Made by a program: the position numbers and the translations under genes. Shown piece by piece: positions 38,706 to 50,398 of a DNA stretch of 64,000 nt. The notes under the pieces are model-generated. The model was not told the origin of the DNA. It worked only from the letters and a program-made list of their open reading frames with translations, and did no database searches. This stretch comes from Novakomyces olei (lineage: Eukaryota): the NCBI GenBank assembly GCA_016906335.1, contig JADEYG010000015.1, positions 930,001-994,000 of the forward strand, written 5' to 3'. Position 1 is the stretch's first letter, and each line of letters starts with the position of its first letter.

Positions 38706-41700
38706 ATGAGCAGCACGGGAGTGGTTTTCAAACCTCATGGAAATGGAGATTTGCCGTTCCTGGTTATTCCAAGGTTGACTAACTTGATCGAGTATCCTCA
38801 GTGGAAATCGAAATTGGGCGGAATTCTTGAGACTTACGGACTGGCACACGTGATGCCAAATGCCTCAGTTGAAGGGAATTTTACCGACGATATCGGCTAC
38901 AAATCTACGTCGGCTATGCTTCTCCTTACTCTTAAGGAGATAATTTCGGTTCCAGTCCTTGACGATGTTTGTCAAAAGGCATTGACACCGAAATCACTGC
39001 TCTCCAGCATTGATGCCGTCTTCTTGGATAGAAGATACCGCTTAATCGTTCAAGTTACAGGCGAACTGTATGGACTGCATACACAAGGTTTGGGACAAAT
39101 TGCGGAACTGAATACACGATTTAACAGTCTCATCCTGAGTTTACGCGAGTTGCGAAAGGACCTACATGCTGAAGAAGTTTGTCAAATATACCTAAATATG
39201 ATAAAAGGTTGCGAGTCGCTCAAAAGTGAGATACGTATCTGGGAGCGTTCGAAGAATATTAATCTCAAAGAAGTACAAGAAATTGTACTTGAAGCAATGC
39301 TAGGAGATAATGGAGATAACTTAAGCTCGGAAATGGCGTTGGCAGCCTCTCGTGTTGCGATATGCAAATATTGCAAGAAAAAGGGTCATACCGAAACTAA
39401 CTGCAGATTCAAAAATCGCAGCTGTTTTATTTGTGGTGAGAAAGGTCATTTCAGAGCGGACTGTGACAAAAATTTGAGAAGAACTGATAGTAATAAATTG
39501 TCTGAACATTACTATCGTGTGGCATTTATAAAGTCTTCAAGTATTTCCAAAAGTATCAGCACAAAATGGATTCTTGACTGTGGAGCATCGCAGCACATGA
39601 CGGACAATAAATTGGCCTTCACCAATCTAAAACGTTATAATAGTGATGAACATCATTTTGTACTTGCTGCGGGAAAAGAAAAATTAAGAGCATTGGGATA
39701 CGGAAATATAAGTTTAAATTTGTCTGAGGATAACCAAGTTTTATTGAAAAATGTCTTGTGGGTACCATCGCTTGGTTTCAATTTAATCTCACTTGGCGCA
39801 CTCGATAATGAGCATATATCGGTTTATTTCACAGAAGGCAAAGCTGTACTTTATGACACAACTGGAAGAAAGCTTGGAGACTTTGATAAAGAAAATAATT
39901 TGTATCCTGTTGATACAAAAACTGTTGACCATGCCCCTAAAAAAAAGATGCTTGCACTATATGCTACAAAAAAGGACAGACAAAATCTTTGGCATGAACG
40001 ATTAATGCATTTAAATGAGAGATATATGGTTGAACTCGCCAAAGGACTTGGTGCTGGGAAAATACAACACGAAGTTAATAGAAGCAACTTAAATGTTGGT
40101 TGTGAAAGTTGCATTGAAGGAAAAATGGCGCGCCAGCCATTCCCAGAAGGACGAATGAGAGCAACCGACAAATTTGAATTATTGCACAGTGATGTTTGTG
40201 GGCCGTTTCCAGTATCAGCGCTTGGTCATCGTTATTTTGTCACTTTTATTGATGATAACAGTGGGTACACTTTTGTCAACACAATCAATTATAAATTCGA
40301 AGTGAATGATTGTTTTCAGAATTTGATCAAAATGATTTACACGCAATTTGGAATTAAGGTCAAAAGATTTCGGAGTGACAATGGAGGCGAGTATATTAAT
40401 AAATCTTTCGAAAAGTTTACAAACGAAAATGGCATTGTTCATGAAAAATCCGCACCTTATACGCCGCAGCAAAATGGAGTTGCAGAAAGGGCGAATAGAA
40501 CAATTCTTGACAGGGTCAGGTCTACAATGATTCAAAGGAAGACTCCACAAAAGCTATGGGATGAGGCGGTCAATGCCTGTGTGTATTTGAAAAATCGGAG
40601 CCCAAGCAGAATAATTAATAAAACACCATATGAGATGATATTTGGAAAGCCTCCGTTATTAGATCATTTGAGAGTGTTTGGATGCATTGCATATGTCCTG
40701 AACAAACATAACGATATAAGAAAATTGGATGCTAGAAGTGAACCCCATATCTTTGTAGGGTATCAATCCAATGCTAAAGCTTATCGACTTTGGAATACGT
40801 CAAGGAACAAAATTGTTGTTTCAAGGGATGTAATATTTAAAGAAACAGAATTTTATGAAACTGTGGAAAATAAATCCATCAACAGCTCTGAAAATACAAC
40901 ATTTATTCCAGCACTTGGAAATGATATTTCTACTGTCAATAATTTGCAACAGTCAAATGTGTCTGAATTTCAGCAGGGTATACAAATTGAAAATAACGAG
41001 GAAAATAACGAGGAAAATAACGAGCAAAATGACGAGCAAAATGACGAGCAAATTGACGAGCAAATTGACGAGGAAATTGAAAATTATTCGGACGCATCGG
41101 AACAAAGTTTTGAAGATACTCTAGAAAATATGAGTCCAAAAATTAATGACAATTCTGAATTATCCGAATTGCAAACGGAGGAGCTTGGAACTAAATGGAC
41201 CGACGATGGTAAAAGACGCTCAACCCGAATACGTAGTTTGCCAGGACCATACGATCATGCGCATATTAGTATTGACAGTATAATTGAGCCTACAAATACG
41301 AAACAAGCTAGAGAAAGCGTGCAAGCATCAGAATGGGAATTAGCGATGAAGACAGAATTGGACGCAATGAAAGAAAATGACGCTTGGGTACTAGTGAGCG
41401 CGCCAGAGGGAGCTAATGTCATTGGAAATCGATGGGTCTTTAAAGCTAAAGCAAATGTTGATGGGGAAGTTGGACGTTACCGAGCACGATTGGTTGCAAA
41501 GGGATTTGGTCAGCGTGAGGGAGTAGATTATCAAGCGACATACGCCCCGACCATGTCCTTAGAATCATTTCGCACTTTACTGGCTTATGGAGCAATGCAA
41601 AAATGGAATATTCATCAGATGGATGTTACAACTGCATTCTTAAACGGCGAATTAGAAGAATGCGTTTATATGAAACAACCAGAAGGATTCGACGACGGAA

Positions 41701-42827
41701 CAGGAAAAGTATGCAAATTGAAAAGATCGCTCTACGGTTTAAAACAGGCCCCTAGATGTTGGTACAAAAAGCTTTTTACAGTGTTAATGGAAATTGGATT
41801 TATGGAATCGAAGGTCGAAGACTGTATACTATACAGCTCCCAAGGTAATTTATTTTTGCTTATTTATGTTGATGACATTATTATTATGGGCGAGAATTTA
41901 AATGAAATGAAACGAACAAAGGAAAAATTACAAAGAGCATTTAAGGTCAAAGATTTGGGTGAGATTCATCAATTTCTTGGGATGGAATTTTGTTATGATC
42001 AGAAAATTGGAAATTTGAAAATAAGTCAGAAGGCAGCAATTACAAAAATAATTAAAGAATTCGATTGCTACGACTTGCCTAAAAAACGAATTCCCATAAG
42101 GAATTACGTGGAATTGAATGGGAAACCTATAAACAATGAAAAGTACCGCAAATGGATTGGCATGCTACTTTGGATAAGCAGATGCACTCGGCCAGATATA
42201 TCCTTCGCTGTATCCCACGCAGCAAGATATCAAGAAAAGCCTACAGATGAATGTCTCGAACTGGTTCAATGTATCACGGCTTATTTAAGGGATACAAAAG
42301 ACAAGGGACTGGAATATCAAAGCAATTCGGTTGAACCAGTCATGAAAGTTTATTGCGATGCCGACTACGCAAGTGATAGAGACGAAAGGAAATCCACTTC
42401 GGGAATGGCATTGTTTCTGGGTAATTCATTAATTCATTGGATGTCAACAAAACAAAAAGTTGTTGCGTTATCGACATGCGAGGCTGAATATATAAGTGCT
42501 TGTACGGCGATTGTGCATACATTAGGTCTCTACAACCTGGCCAAGGAGCTTTTAAAAATTGAGTCTCCAATTCGTGTTTGCTCCGACAACAAAAGCGCAA
42601 TTTGTATTGCGCATAAAACAAGCCCAATGAGACGACTAAAGCACCTTGATGTACGATATATGTTTTTGCGCAATTTAACGGAAAACGGCACAGTAATTGT
42701 TGATTATATATCTACAAAAGAACAGCTTGCGGATATTTTAACAAAGCCTTTGTGTAAAAAGATTTTTATACATTTGCGACAAAAACTGGTGAAAGGGGAC
42801 TCTAGAATTGAATCATTACAAGCTTGA
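38706..42827 (+). CDS. Copia Gag-Pol polyprotein, copy 1 (1373 aa)
   Basis: Two CCHC knuckles, protease WILDCGAS, integrase HHCC plus HSDVCGP/SDNGGEY/QQNGVAER, RT YVDD, RNase H ADILTK in copia order. Confidence 0.97.
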   Translation: MSSTGVVFKPHGNGDLPFLVIPRLTNLIEYPQWKSKLGGILETYGLAHVMPNASVEGNFTDDIGYKSTSAMLLLTLKEIISVPVLDDVCQKALTPKSLLSSIDAVFLDRRYRLIVQVTGELYGLHTQGLGQIAELNTRFNSLILSLRELRKDLHAEEVCQIYLNMIKGCESLKSEIRIWERSKNINLKEVQEIVLEAMLGDNGDNLSSEMALAASRVAICKYCKKKGHTETNCRFKNRSCFICGEKGHFRADCDKNLRRTDSNKLSEHYYRVAFIKSSSISKSISTKWILDCGASQHMTDNKLAFTNLKRYNSDEHHFVLAAGKEKLRALGYGNISLNLSEDNQVLLKNVLWVPSLGFNLISLGALDNEHISVYFTEGKAVLYDTTGRKLGDFDKENNLYPVDTKTVDHAPKKKMLALYATKKDRQNLWHERLMHLNERYMVELAKGLGAGKIQHEVNRSNLNVGCESCIEGKMARQPFPEGRMRATDKFELLHSDVCGPFPVSALGHRYFVTFIDDNSGYTFVNTINYKFEVNDCFQNLIKMIYTQFGIKVKRFRSDNGGEYINKSFEKFTNENGIVHEKSAPYTPQQNGVAERANRTILDRVRSTMIQRKTPQKLWDEAVNACVYLKNRSPSRIINKTPYEMIFGKPPLLDHLRVFGCIAYVLNKHNDIRKLDARSEPHIFVGYQSNAKAYRLWNTSRNKIVVSRDVIFKETEFYETVENKSINSSENTTFIPALGNDISTVNNLQQSNVSEFQQGIQIENNEENNEENNEQNDEQNDEQIDEQIDEEIENYSDASEQSFEDTLENMSPKINDNSELSELQTEELGTKWTDDGKRRSTRIRSLPGPYDHAHISIDSIIEPTNTKQARESVQASEWELAMKTELDAMKENDAWVLVSAPEGANVIGNRWVFKAKANVDGEVGRYRARLVAKGFGQREGVDYQATYAPTMSLESFRTLLAYGAMQKWNIHQMDVTTAFLNGELEECVYMKQPEGFDDGTGKVCKLKRSLYGLKQAPRCWYKKLFTVLMEIGFMESKVEDCILYSSQGNLFLLIYVDDIIIMGENLNEMKRTKEKLQRAFKVKDLGEIHQFLGMEFCYDQKIGNLKISQKAAITKIIKEFDCYDLPKKRIPIRNYVELNGKPINNEKYRKWIGMLLWISRCTRPDISFAVSHAARYQEKPTDECLELVQCITAYLRDTKDKGLEYQSNSVEPVMKVYCDADYASDRDERKSTSGMALFLGNSLIHWMSTKQKVVALSTCEAEYISACTAIVHTLGLYNLAKELLKIESPIRVCSDNKSAICIAHKTSPMRRLKHLDVRYMFLRNLTENGTVIVDYISTKEQLADILTKPLCKKIFIHLRQKLVKGDSRIESLQA

Positions 42828-43032
42828 GAGGGAGTATAGGAAAGTATATCAAGCTTGTGCAGCAGCTGATTACTTAGAAAAAAAAATGAAGTTTACCCTG
42901 GTAATTGTGACTGTCATTGAGAAGACTATAAATAGATCTAGATAGAACTATGTTGGCTAACGAAATTGAATACAACACGTTTCAAATTAACACGTTCGAA
43001 ATTATAGATTCAACAGATTAAGAGTCTGAAAC

Positions 43033-46000
43033 ATGAGCAGCACGGGAGTGGTTTTCAAACCTCATGGAAATGGAGATTTGCCGTTCCTGGTTATTCCAAG
43101 GTTGACTAACTTGATCGAGTATCCTCAGTGGAAATCGAAATTGGGCGGAATTCTTGAGACTTACGGACTGGCACACGTGATGCCAAATGCCTCAGTTGAA
43201 GGGAATTTTACCGACGATATCGGCTACAAATCTACGTCGGCTATGCTTCTCCTTACTCTTAAGGAGATAATTTCGGTTCCAGTCCTTGACGATGTTTGTC
43301 AAAAGGCATTGACACCGAAATCACTGCTCTCCAGCATTGATGCCGTCTTCTTGGATAGAAGATACCGCTTAATCGTTCAAGTTACAGGCGAACTGTATGG
43401 ACTGCATACACAAGGTTTGGGACAAATTGCGGAACTGAATACACGATTTAACAGTCTCATCCTGAGTTTACGCGAGTTGCGAAAGGACCTACATGCTGAA
43501 GAAGTTTGTCAAATATACCTAAATATGATAAAAGGTTGCGAGTCGCTCAAAAGTGAGATACGTATCTGGGAGCGTTCGAAGAATATTAATCTCAAAGAAG
43601 TACAAGAAATTGTACTTGAAGCAATGCTAGGAGATAATGGAGATAACTTAAGCTCGGAAATGGCGTTGGCAGCCTCTCGTGTTGCGATATGCAAATATTG
43701 CAAGAAAAAGGGTCATACCGAAACTAACTGCAGATTCAAAAATCGCAGCTGTTTTATTTGTGGTGAGAAAGGTCATTTCAGAGCGGACTGTGACAAAAAT
43801 TTGAGAAGAACTGATAGTAATAAATTGTCTGAACATTACTATCGTGTGGCATTTATAAAGTCTTCAAGTATTTCCAAAAGTATCAGCACAAAATGGATTC
43901 TTGACTGTGGAGCATCGCAGCACATGACGGACAATAAATTGGCCTTCACCAATCTAAAACGTTATAATAGTGATGAACATCATTTTGTACTTGCTGCGGG
44001 AAAAGAAAAATTAAGAGCATTGGGATACGGAAATATAAGTTTAAATTTGTCTGAGGATAACCAAGTTTTATTGAAAAATGTCTTGTGGGTACCATCGCTT
44101 GGTTTCAATTTAATCTCACTTGGCGCACTCGATAATGAGCATATATCGGTTTATTTCACAGAAGGCAAAGCTGTACTTTATGACACAACTGGAAGAAAGC
44201 TTGGAGACTTTGATAAAGAAAATAATTTGTATCCTGTTGATACAAAAACTGTTGACCATGCCCCTAAAAAAAAGATGCTTGCACTATATGCTACAAAAAA
44301 GGACAGACAAAATCTTTGGCATGAACGATTAATGCATTTAAATGAGAGATATATGGTTGAACTCGCCAAAGGACTTGGTGCTGGGAAAATACAACACGAA
44401 GTTAATAGAAGCAACTTAAATGTTGGTTGTGAAAGTTGCATTGAAGGAAAAATGGCGCGCCAGCCATTCCCAGAAGGACGAATGAGAGCAACCGACAAAT
44501 TTGAATTATTGCACAGTGATGTTTGTGGGCCGTTTCCAGTATCAGCGCTTGGTCATCGTTATTTTGTCACTTTTATTGATGATAACAGTGGGTACACTTT
44601 TGTCAACACAATCAATTATAAATTCGAAGTGAATGATTGTTTTCAGAATTTGATCAAAATGATTTACACGCAATTTGGAATTAAGGTCAAAAGATTTCGG
44701 AGTGACAATGGAGGCGAGTATATTAATAAATCTTTCGAAAAGTTTACAAACGAAAATGGCATTGTTCATGAAAAATCCGCACCTTATACGCCGCAGCAAA
44801 ATGGAGTTGCAGAAAGGGCGAATAGAACAATTCTTGACAGGGTCAGGTCTACAATGATTCAAAGGAAGACTCCACAAAAGCTATGGGATGAGGCGGTCAA
44901 TGCCTGTGTGTATTTGAAAAATCGGAGCCCAAGCAGAATAATTAATAAAACACCATATGAGATGATATTTGGAAAGCCTCCGTTATTAGATCATTTGAGA
45001 GTGTTTGGATGCATTGCATATGTCCTGAACAAACATAACGATATAAGAAAATTGGATGCTAGAAGTGAACCCCATATCTTTGTAGGGTATCAATCCAATG
45101 CTAAAGCTTATCGACTTTGGAATACGTCAAGGAACAAAATTGTTGTTTCAAGGGATGTAATATTTAAAGAAACAGAATTTTATGAAACTGTGGAAAATAA
45201 ATCCATCAACAGCTCTGAAAATACAACATTTATTCCAGCACTTGGAAATGATATTTCTACTGTCAATAATTTGCAACAGTCAAATGTGTCTGAATTTCAG
45301 CAGGGTATACAAATTGAAAATAACGAGGAAAATAACGAGGAAAATAACGAGCAAAATGACGAGCAAAATGACGAGCAAATTGACGAGCAAATTGACGAGG
45401 AAATTGAAAATTATTCGGACGCATCGGAACAAAGTTTTGAAGATACTCTAGAAAATATGAGTCCAAAAATTAATGACAATTCTGAATTATCCGAATTGCA
45501 AACGGAGGAGCTTGGAACTAAATGGACCGACGATGGTAAAAGACGCTCAACCCGAATACGTAGTTTGCCAGGACCATACGATCATGCGCATATTAGTATT
45601 GACAGTATAATTGAGCCTACAAATACGAAACAAGCTAGAGAAAGCGTGCAAGCATCAGAATGGGAATTAGCGATGAAGACAGAATTGGACGCAATGAAAG
45701 AAAATGACGCTTGGGTACTAGTGAGCGCGCCAGAGGGAGCTAATGTCATTGGAAATCGATGGGTCTTTAAAGCTAAAGCAAATGTTGATGGGGAAGTTGG
45801 ACGTTACCGAGCACGATTGGTTGCAAAGGGATTTGGTCAGCGTGAGGGAGTAGATTATCAAGCGACATACGCCCCGACCATGTCCTTAGAATCATTTCGC
45901 ACTTTACTGGCTTATGGAGCAATGCAAAAATGGAATATTCATCAGATGGATGTTACAACTGCATTCTTAAACGGCGAATTAGAAGAATGCGTTTATATGA

Positions 46001-47154
46001 AACAACCAGAAGGATTCGACGACGGAACAGGAAAAGTATGCAAATTGAAAAGATCGCTCTACGGTTTAAAACAGGCCCCTAGATGTTGGTACAAAAAGCT
46101 TTTTACAGTGTTAATGGAAATTGGATTTATGGAATCGAAGGTCGAAGACTGTATACTATACAGCTCCCAAGGTAATTTATTTTTGCTTATTTATGTTGAT
46201 GACATTATTATTATGGGCGAGAATTTAAATGAAATGAAACGAACAAAGGAAAAATTACAAAGAGCATTTAAGGTCAAAGATTTGGGTGAGATTCATCAAT
46301 TTCTTGGGATGGAATTTTGTTATGATCAGAAAATTGGAAATTTGAAAATAAGTCAGAAGGCAGCAATTACAAAAATAATTAAAGAATTCGATTGCTACGA
46401 CTTGCCTAAAAAACGAATTCCCATAAGGAATTACGTGGAATTGAATGGGAAACCTATAAACAATGAAAAGTACCGCAAATGGATTGGCATGCTACTTTGG
46501 ATAAGCAGATGCACTCGGCCAGATATATCCTTCGCTGTATCCCACGCAGCAAGATATCAAGAAAAGCCTACAGATGAATGTCTCGAACTGGTTCAATGTA
46601 TCACGGCTTATTTAAGGGATACAAAAGACAAGGGACTGGAATATCAAAGCAATTCGGTTGAACCAGTCATGAAAGTTTATTGCGATGCCGACTACGCAAG
46701 TGATAGAGACGAAAGGAAATCCACTTCGGGAATGGCATTGTTTCTGGGTAATTCATTAATTCATTGGATGTCAACAAAACAAAAAGTTGTTGCGTTATCG
46801 ACATGCGAGGCTGAATATATAAGTGCTTGTACGGCGATTGTGCATACATTAGGTCTCTACAACCTGGCCAAGGAGCTTTTAAAAATTGAGTCTCCAATTC
46901 GTGTTTGCTCCGACAACAAAAGCGCAATTTGTATTGCGCATAAAACAAGCCCAATGAGACGACTAAAGCACCTTGATGTACGATATATGTTTTTGCGCAA
47001 TTTAACGGAAAACGGCACAGTAATTGTTGATTATATATCTACAAAAGAACAGCTTGCGGATATTTTAACAAAGCCTTTGTGTAAAAAGATTTTTATACAT
47101 TTGCGACAAAAACTGGTGAAAGGGGACTCTAGAATTGAATCATTACAAGCTTGA
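43033..47154 (+). CDS. Copia Gag-Pol polyprotein, copy 2 (same translation as copy 1)
   Basis: ORF track gives the same 1373-aa sequence, offset 4327 bp. Confidence 0.97.
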   Translation: MSSTGVVFKPHGNGDLPFLVIPRLTNLIEYPQWKSKLGGILETYGLAHVMPNASVEGNFTDDIGYKSTSAMLLLTLKEIISVPVLDDVCQKALTPKSLLSSIDAVFLDRRYRLIVQVTGELYGLHTQGLGQIAELNTRFNSLILSLRELRKDLHAEEVCQIYLNMIKGCESLKSEIRIWERSKNINLKEVQEIVLEAMLGDNGDNLSSEMALAASRVAICKYCKKKGHTETNCRFKNRSCFICGEKGHFRADCDKNLRRTDSNKLSEHYYRVAFIKSSSISKSISTKWILDCGASQHMTDNKLAFTNLKRYNSDEHHFVLAAGKEKLRALGYGNISLNLSEDNQVLLKNVLWVPSLGFNLISLGALDNEHISVYFTEGKAVLYDTTGRKLGDFDKENNLYPVDTKTVDHAPKKKMLALYATKKDRQNLWHERLMHLNERYMVELAKGLGAGKIQHEVNRSNLNVGCESCIEGKMARQPFPEGRMRATDKFELLHSDVCGPFPVSALGHRYFVTFIDDNSGYTFVNTINYKFEVNDCFQNLIKMIYTQFGIKVKRFRSDNGGEYINKSFEKFTNENGIVHEKSAPYTPQQNGVAERANRTILDRVRSTMIQRKTPQKLWDEAVNACVYLKNRSPSRIINKTPYEMIFGKPPLLDHLRVFGCIAYVLNKHNDIRKLDARSEPHIFVGYQSNAKAYRLWNTSRNKIVVSRDVIFKETEFYETVENKSINSSENTTFIPALGNDISTVNNLQQSNVSEFQQGIQIENNEENNEENNEQNDEQNDEQIDEQIDEEIENYSDASEQSFEDTLENMSPKINDNSELSELQTEELGTKWTDDGKRRSTRIRSLPGPYDHAHISIDSIIEPTNTKQARESVQASEWELAMKTELDAMKENDAWVLVSAPEGANVIGNRWVFKAKANVDGEVGRYRARLVAKGFGQREGVDYQATYAPTMSLESFRTLLAYGAMQKWNIHQMDVTTAFLNGELEECVYMKQPEGFDDGTGKVCKLKRSLYGLKQAPRCWYKKLFTVLMEIGFMESKVEDCILYSSQGNLFLLIYVDDIIIMGENLNEMKRTKEKLQRAFKVKDLGEIHQFLGMEFCYDQKIGNLKISQKAAITKIIKEFDCYDLPKKRIPIRNYVELNGKPINNEKYRKWIGMLLWISRCTRPDISFAVSHAARYQEKPTDECLELVQCITAYLRDTKDKGLEYQSNSVEPVMKVYCDADYASDRDERKSTSGMALFLGNSLIHWMSTKQKVVALSTCEAEYISACTAIVHTLGLYNLAKELLKIESPIRVCSDNKSAICIAHKTSPMRRLKHLDVRYMFLRNLTENGTVIVDYISTKEQLADILTKPLCKKIFIHLRQKLVKGDSRIESLQA

Positions 47155-47474
47155 GAGGGAGTATAGGAAAGTATATCAAGCTTGTGCAGCAGCTGATTAC
47201 TTAGAAAAAAAAAATGAAGTTTACCCTGGTAATTGTGACTGTCATTGAGAAGACTATAAATAGATCTAGATAGAACTATGTTGGCTAACGAAATTGAATA
47301 CAACACGTTTCAAATTAACACGTTCGAAATTATAGATTCAACAATTCTTACATATAAATCATTAAATTGGCGTTTTTTTTTTTAATTTATTATAGTTAAC
47401 ATACTCACTAAAATTTTCCTAGAAATAAATGTTTCTAGAAACTTATATTCGTAGGAAAGCAACCTTATCCAATA

Positions 47475-47848
47475 TGTTGTTGAAACATCACAAAGTGAAT
47501 ATGGGAAAACAATCTCTTGATAGAGTTGAAAAGAAATCGGAGATGCCTAATTTGAGGTATACGCCATGCGCTTAGATAGGGATTTCCGGACAGGGGTTTT
47601 ATGTGAGTATTAGCCCAACATATAGGGGAGGGTTTTATATGAGTGCTGGGGACGAATATATAGCAAGAGATATAGCTAAAGGTGAACTATCATCAAAAGC
47701 TAAATACTATATCATCAAAAGCTAAATACTATATAAATACCGATAGTAAAAAGTACTGTGAAATAGAATATTAAAAAAGATTCTATAAGCATATAAAGAT
47801 TATAATAAAAATTTTAATTAGTATAGTAACTATAAAACAATTTTAACA
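47475..47848 (+). mobile_element. Possible solo LTR of another family
   Basis: TGTTG...TTTTAACA ends, TATATAAA, AATAAA and internal duplications (ATCATCAAAAGCTAAATACTAT twice); no clear TSD. Confidence 0.35.
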
Positions 47849-48265
47849 TATAGATGGGCGAACTAATATCTGGAAATATGTCCAACTATGAGCTCTACAA
47901 GTTTACAAAAGGAACATGTCGCGAAATCGTATCCGAATGCTTTGTCCGTAAATTGAATGCCTCTCGCTGGTTAGATTAGATGAGCTAATTATTTATCTTA
48001 AAGATGATTTTTGTCCTTAAAAAAACAGTTGCACGAAAATAAGTCAAGCATAATAGTCTGCGGCAAACTAATAAAAACAAAAACAGATCTTTAAATGACG
48101 CGCAAATGGAGATAATAGTGAATAATATTATTAGCAAGGTAGAATATTCATGCGCTAACGCTGGTGCAAGATTGTGTGACCTTGTTATGCTTTCTGGTAG
48201 ATTTCAAAAGCGTGTAGCGTGGGAAATTAGTAATTACAAAAACACGTAGAAACTTTTGGTTGGCT

Positions 48266-48497
48266 TGTTGTAGAGAATAAAATTGTATCTCCTTTTAGCT
48301 ACTTTTCTAAGTCTACTAACGCTGTACTATATAGTTTCTTTGGTTCCAGCCACCGAGTTACACTTTGGTAGCGCAAGCCTCTTGTACTCAGTTTCAGCCA
48401 TTTTGGCCATTCCAGCTATTCCAGCCTTTCCTCCTCTTTTCTGTAGCCAGCCTTCCTGTTCTCTTTCTGTGACGTCCAAGCTTGACATATTCCTATA
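48266..48497 (-). mobile_element. LTR-like repeat family C, copy 2
   Basis: Reverse-complement match to 34997-35256. Confidence 0.75.
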
Positions 48498-48742
48498 GTT
48501 TTGTCTCGATAACGGTAGTGCAACGAGACGTCGAACATATTGTGATGTTCCTCTATGCCTTGACGCAATCTCACCGAAGAAGAGAGTCTTTAATGAATAG
48601 CGTATTAATAAAAAAGTATTGCGGCAAAGCCATTGCCCAAAAATACTCGAAACTTAAGATACTTATTTCATAATTAATACAAGTCGCCAAAGTAATAATA
48701 ACAGTCTAATATCATCATTGGTGTTGAACGACAAAATCTAAG

Positions 48743-48954
48743 TGTTGAATCTAGTAAATTTGTTTTGAACGTGTTAAATGGAATAAATGTTGTATTTAAT
48801 TTTCGTTAATTATAGTGATTCTAGCTAAGTCTATTTATAGTCTGCCGGTCTGCCATCGCATTTCTCACGATAAAGTTTATCCCACTTCTCACGGTAAACT
48901 ATATTTCTATAATTAGTTATTAGCCGCTGCACAAGCTTGATTTACTTTCCCATA
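48743..48954 (-). mobile_element. Diverged solo LTR related to the dimer LTR
   Basis: Minus strand TATGGGAAAGTAAATCAAGCTTGTGCAGC...TAGATTCAACA; flanks CTAAG/CTAAA (near-TSD). Confidence 0.8.
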
Positions 48955-49289
48955 CTAAAGAGATATTAAATTATAATTAATGTTATTTACTAAGCTTGAA
49001 AGCAAACAGATATTGCAAACTTAATAAGTATTATTACGATATTAAATGATATTACACTTATTATGAGGAGGATTTACTGCATTCAATAAAAACTAAGCTT
49101 ATTTGTTGAATTATTGAATTTATTCTTGAAATTCGATTTATTTCTAACCAATATGACTAATCTATTCTTTATTTAAAAAACTTTGATATTTTATTATATT
49201 AATATAAATACTTTATTATATCAATATCAATATGAATATCAATATCAATAATTTATAAATAATAAATATTATTATCAAATTTAATATTA

Positions 49290-49493
49290 AATAAAATATT
49301 GATATTGATTATCTGACTGTAGAAAAGAATGATAAAGGTCCCCCGGGGCTCAGAGGCGCTATGAGGGATGTATATATGTATTATTCACTAATAGATCTGG
49401 TAAAGACAGAATATAGAATTTATGGGAGACTTCAGTAACTATTTCAAATGGTAGAGTTAAACTTACGCTATAAATATAGTCCATTTCTCAACA
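49290..49493 (-). mobile_element. Degenerate solo LTR, family B
   Basis: Minus strand starts TGTTGAGAAATGGACT; shares CTGAAGTCTCC and CTGAGCC blocks with other copies. Confidence 0.6.
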
Positions 49494-50207
49494 TTATTCA
49501 TACAAATACTGATACTAGAATAGTTGAACTTGCAGGCAAATATTGCCATTATCAACGTGTATATTAGCTTATTTAGTTTTAAAAAAAAAATGATTAAATC
49601 TAGTATAAGTGATAAGTTCTGCAGTTAAATAACAATGGATAGCATCAATTGTAACGGTAGAAACAGTTACACAGCTACAAGAGACTCTGCTAAAGAACTG
49701 GCTAGTCTCTATGGACACGGGGACATGGACGAGAATATAGATTTACGTGTTCTCATTAAATTGCCTAATTGGGACTATAAACTACTCGCTTATCGTCTCA
49801 AGGAAGCTTATTGGGACAACCCAAATTTTTAATGCAGTAAACTCGCAATATGCGAAAGGGGATTTATCAAGCATATGGATTGTAAAAACAAGAAGGTAAA
49901 TTATTGCAAATCTTTTAAAAAGAATTATACTATTTACGTAAATCAATATTTAGCTTGTTTCGTAAGAATTTGGGGTTCAATAAATTATAAATATACTGAA
50001 GCAATGAGAATTAAAAGGACAATTTAGTAAATTTGAATTTGAAGATTTGACATCTAGAACTATTTAATTTATCTTTATACTTTTACTAAATCTTTGTACT
50101 TCTAAATTAGGAGAAAATACAAAGATACGTCTTTGAGATGTTCAGTATATAATATATATATATGATTATCATTACTATACCAATTTTATGCATTTATATA
50201 TGACAAT

Positions 50208-50398
50208 TATTGAACTTGTAGAATTTTGTTGAACCTGTTTGTTTGAATAAGTGTCGCATTCAGTTTTCGTTGACTATCTTCTACGTTCTATCTAGCTGTA
50301 TTTATAGCTAAATCCTAACGACTGTTTGTGCCTCGGTTATTGTTTCGTTTCTATTATTACTAATTTCCCACAATACAAGCCTGGCCTACTTTCCTACA
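50208..50398 (-). mobile_element. Solo LTR, family D (distant relative of the dimer LTR)
   Basis: Minus strand TGTAGGAAAGTAGG...GTTCAATA; matches 54259-54450 (CGACTGTTTGTGCCTCGGTTA, TTATTACTAATTTCCCACA). Confidence 0.75.

Larger units (their letters stand above)
38507..47343 (+). mobile_element. Tandem dimer of a Ty1/copia retrotransposon (LTR-int-LTR-int-LTR), TSD ATTCT
   Basis: LTRs at 38507-38688, 42835-43015 and 47162-47343; ATTCT at 38502-38506 and 47344-47348; PPT GAGAGGGAG before LTR2 and LTR3. Confidence 0.97.
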
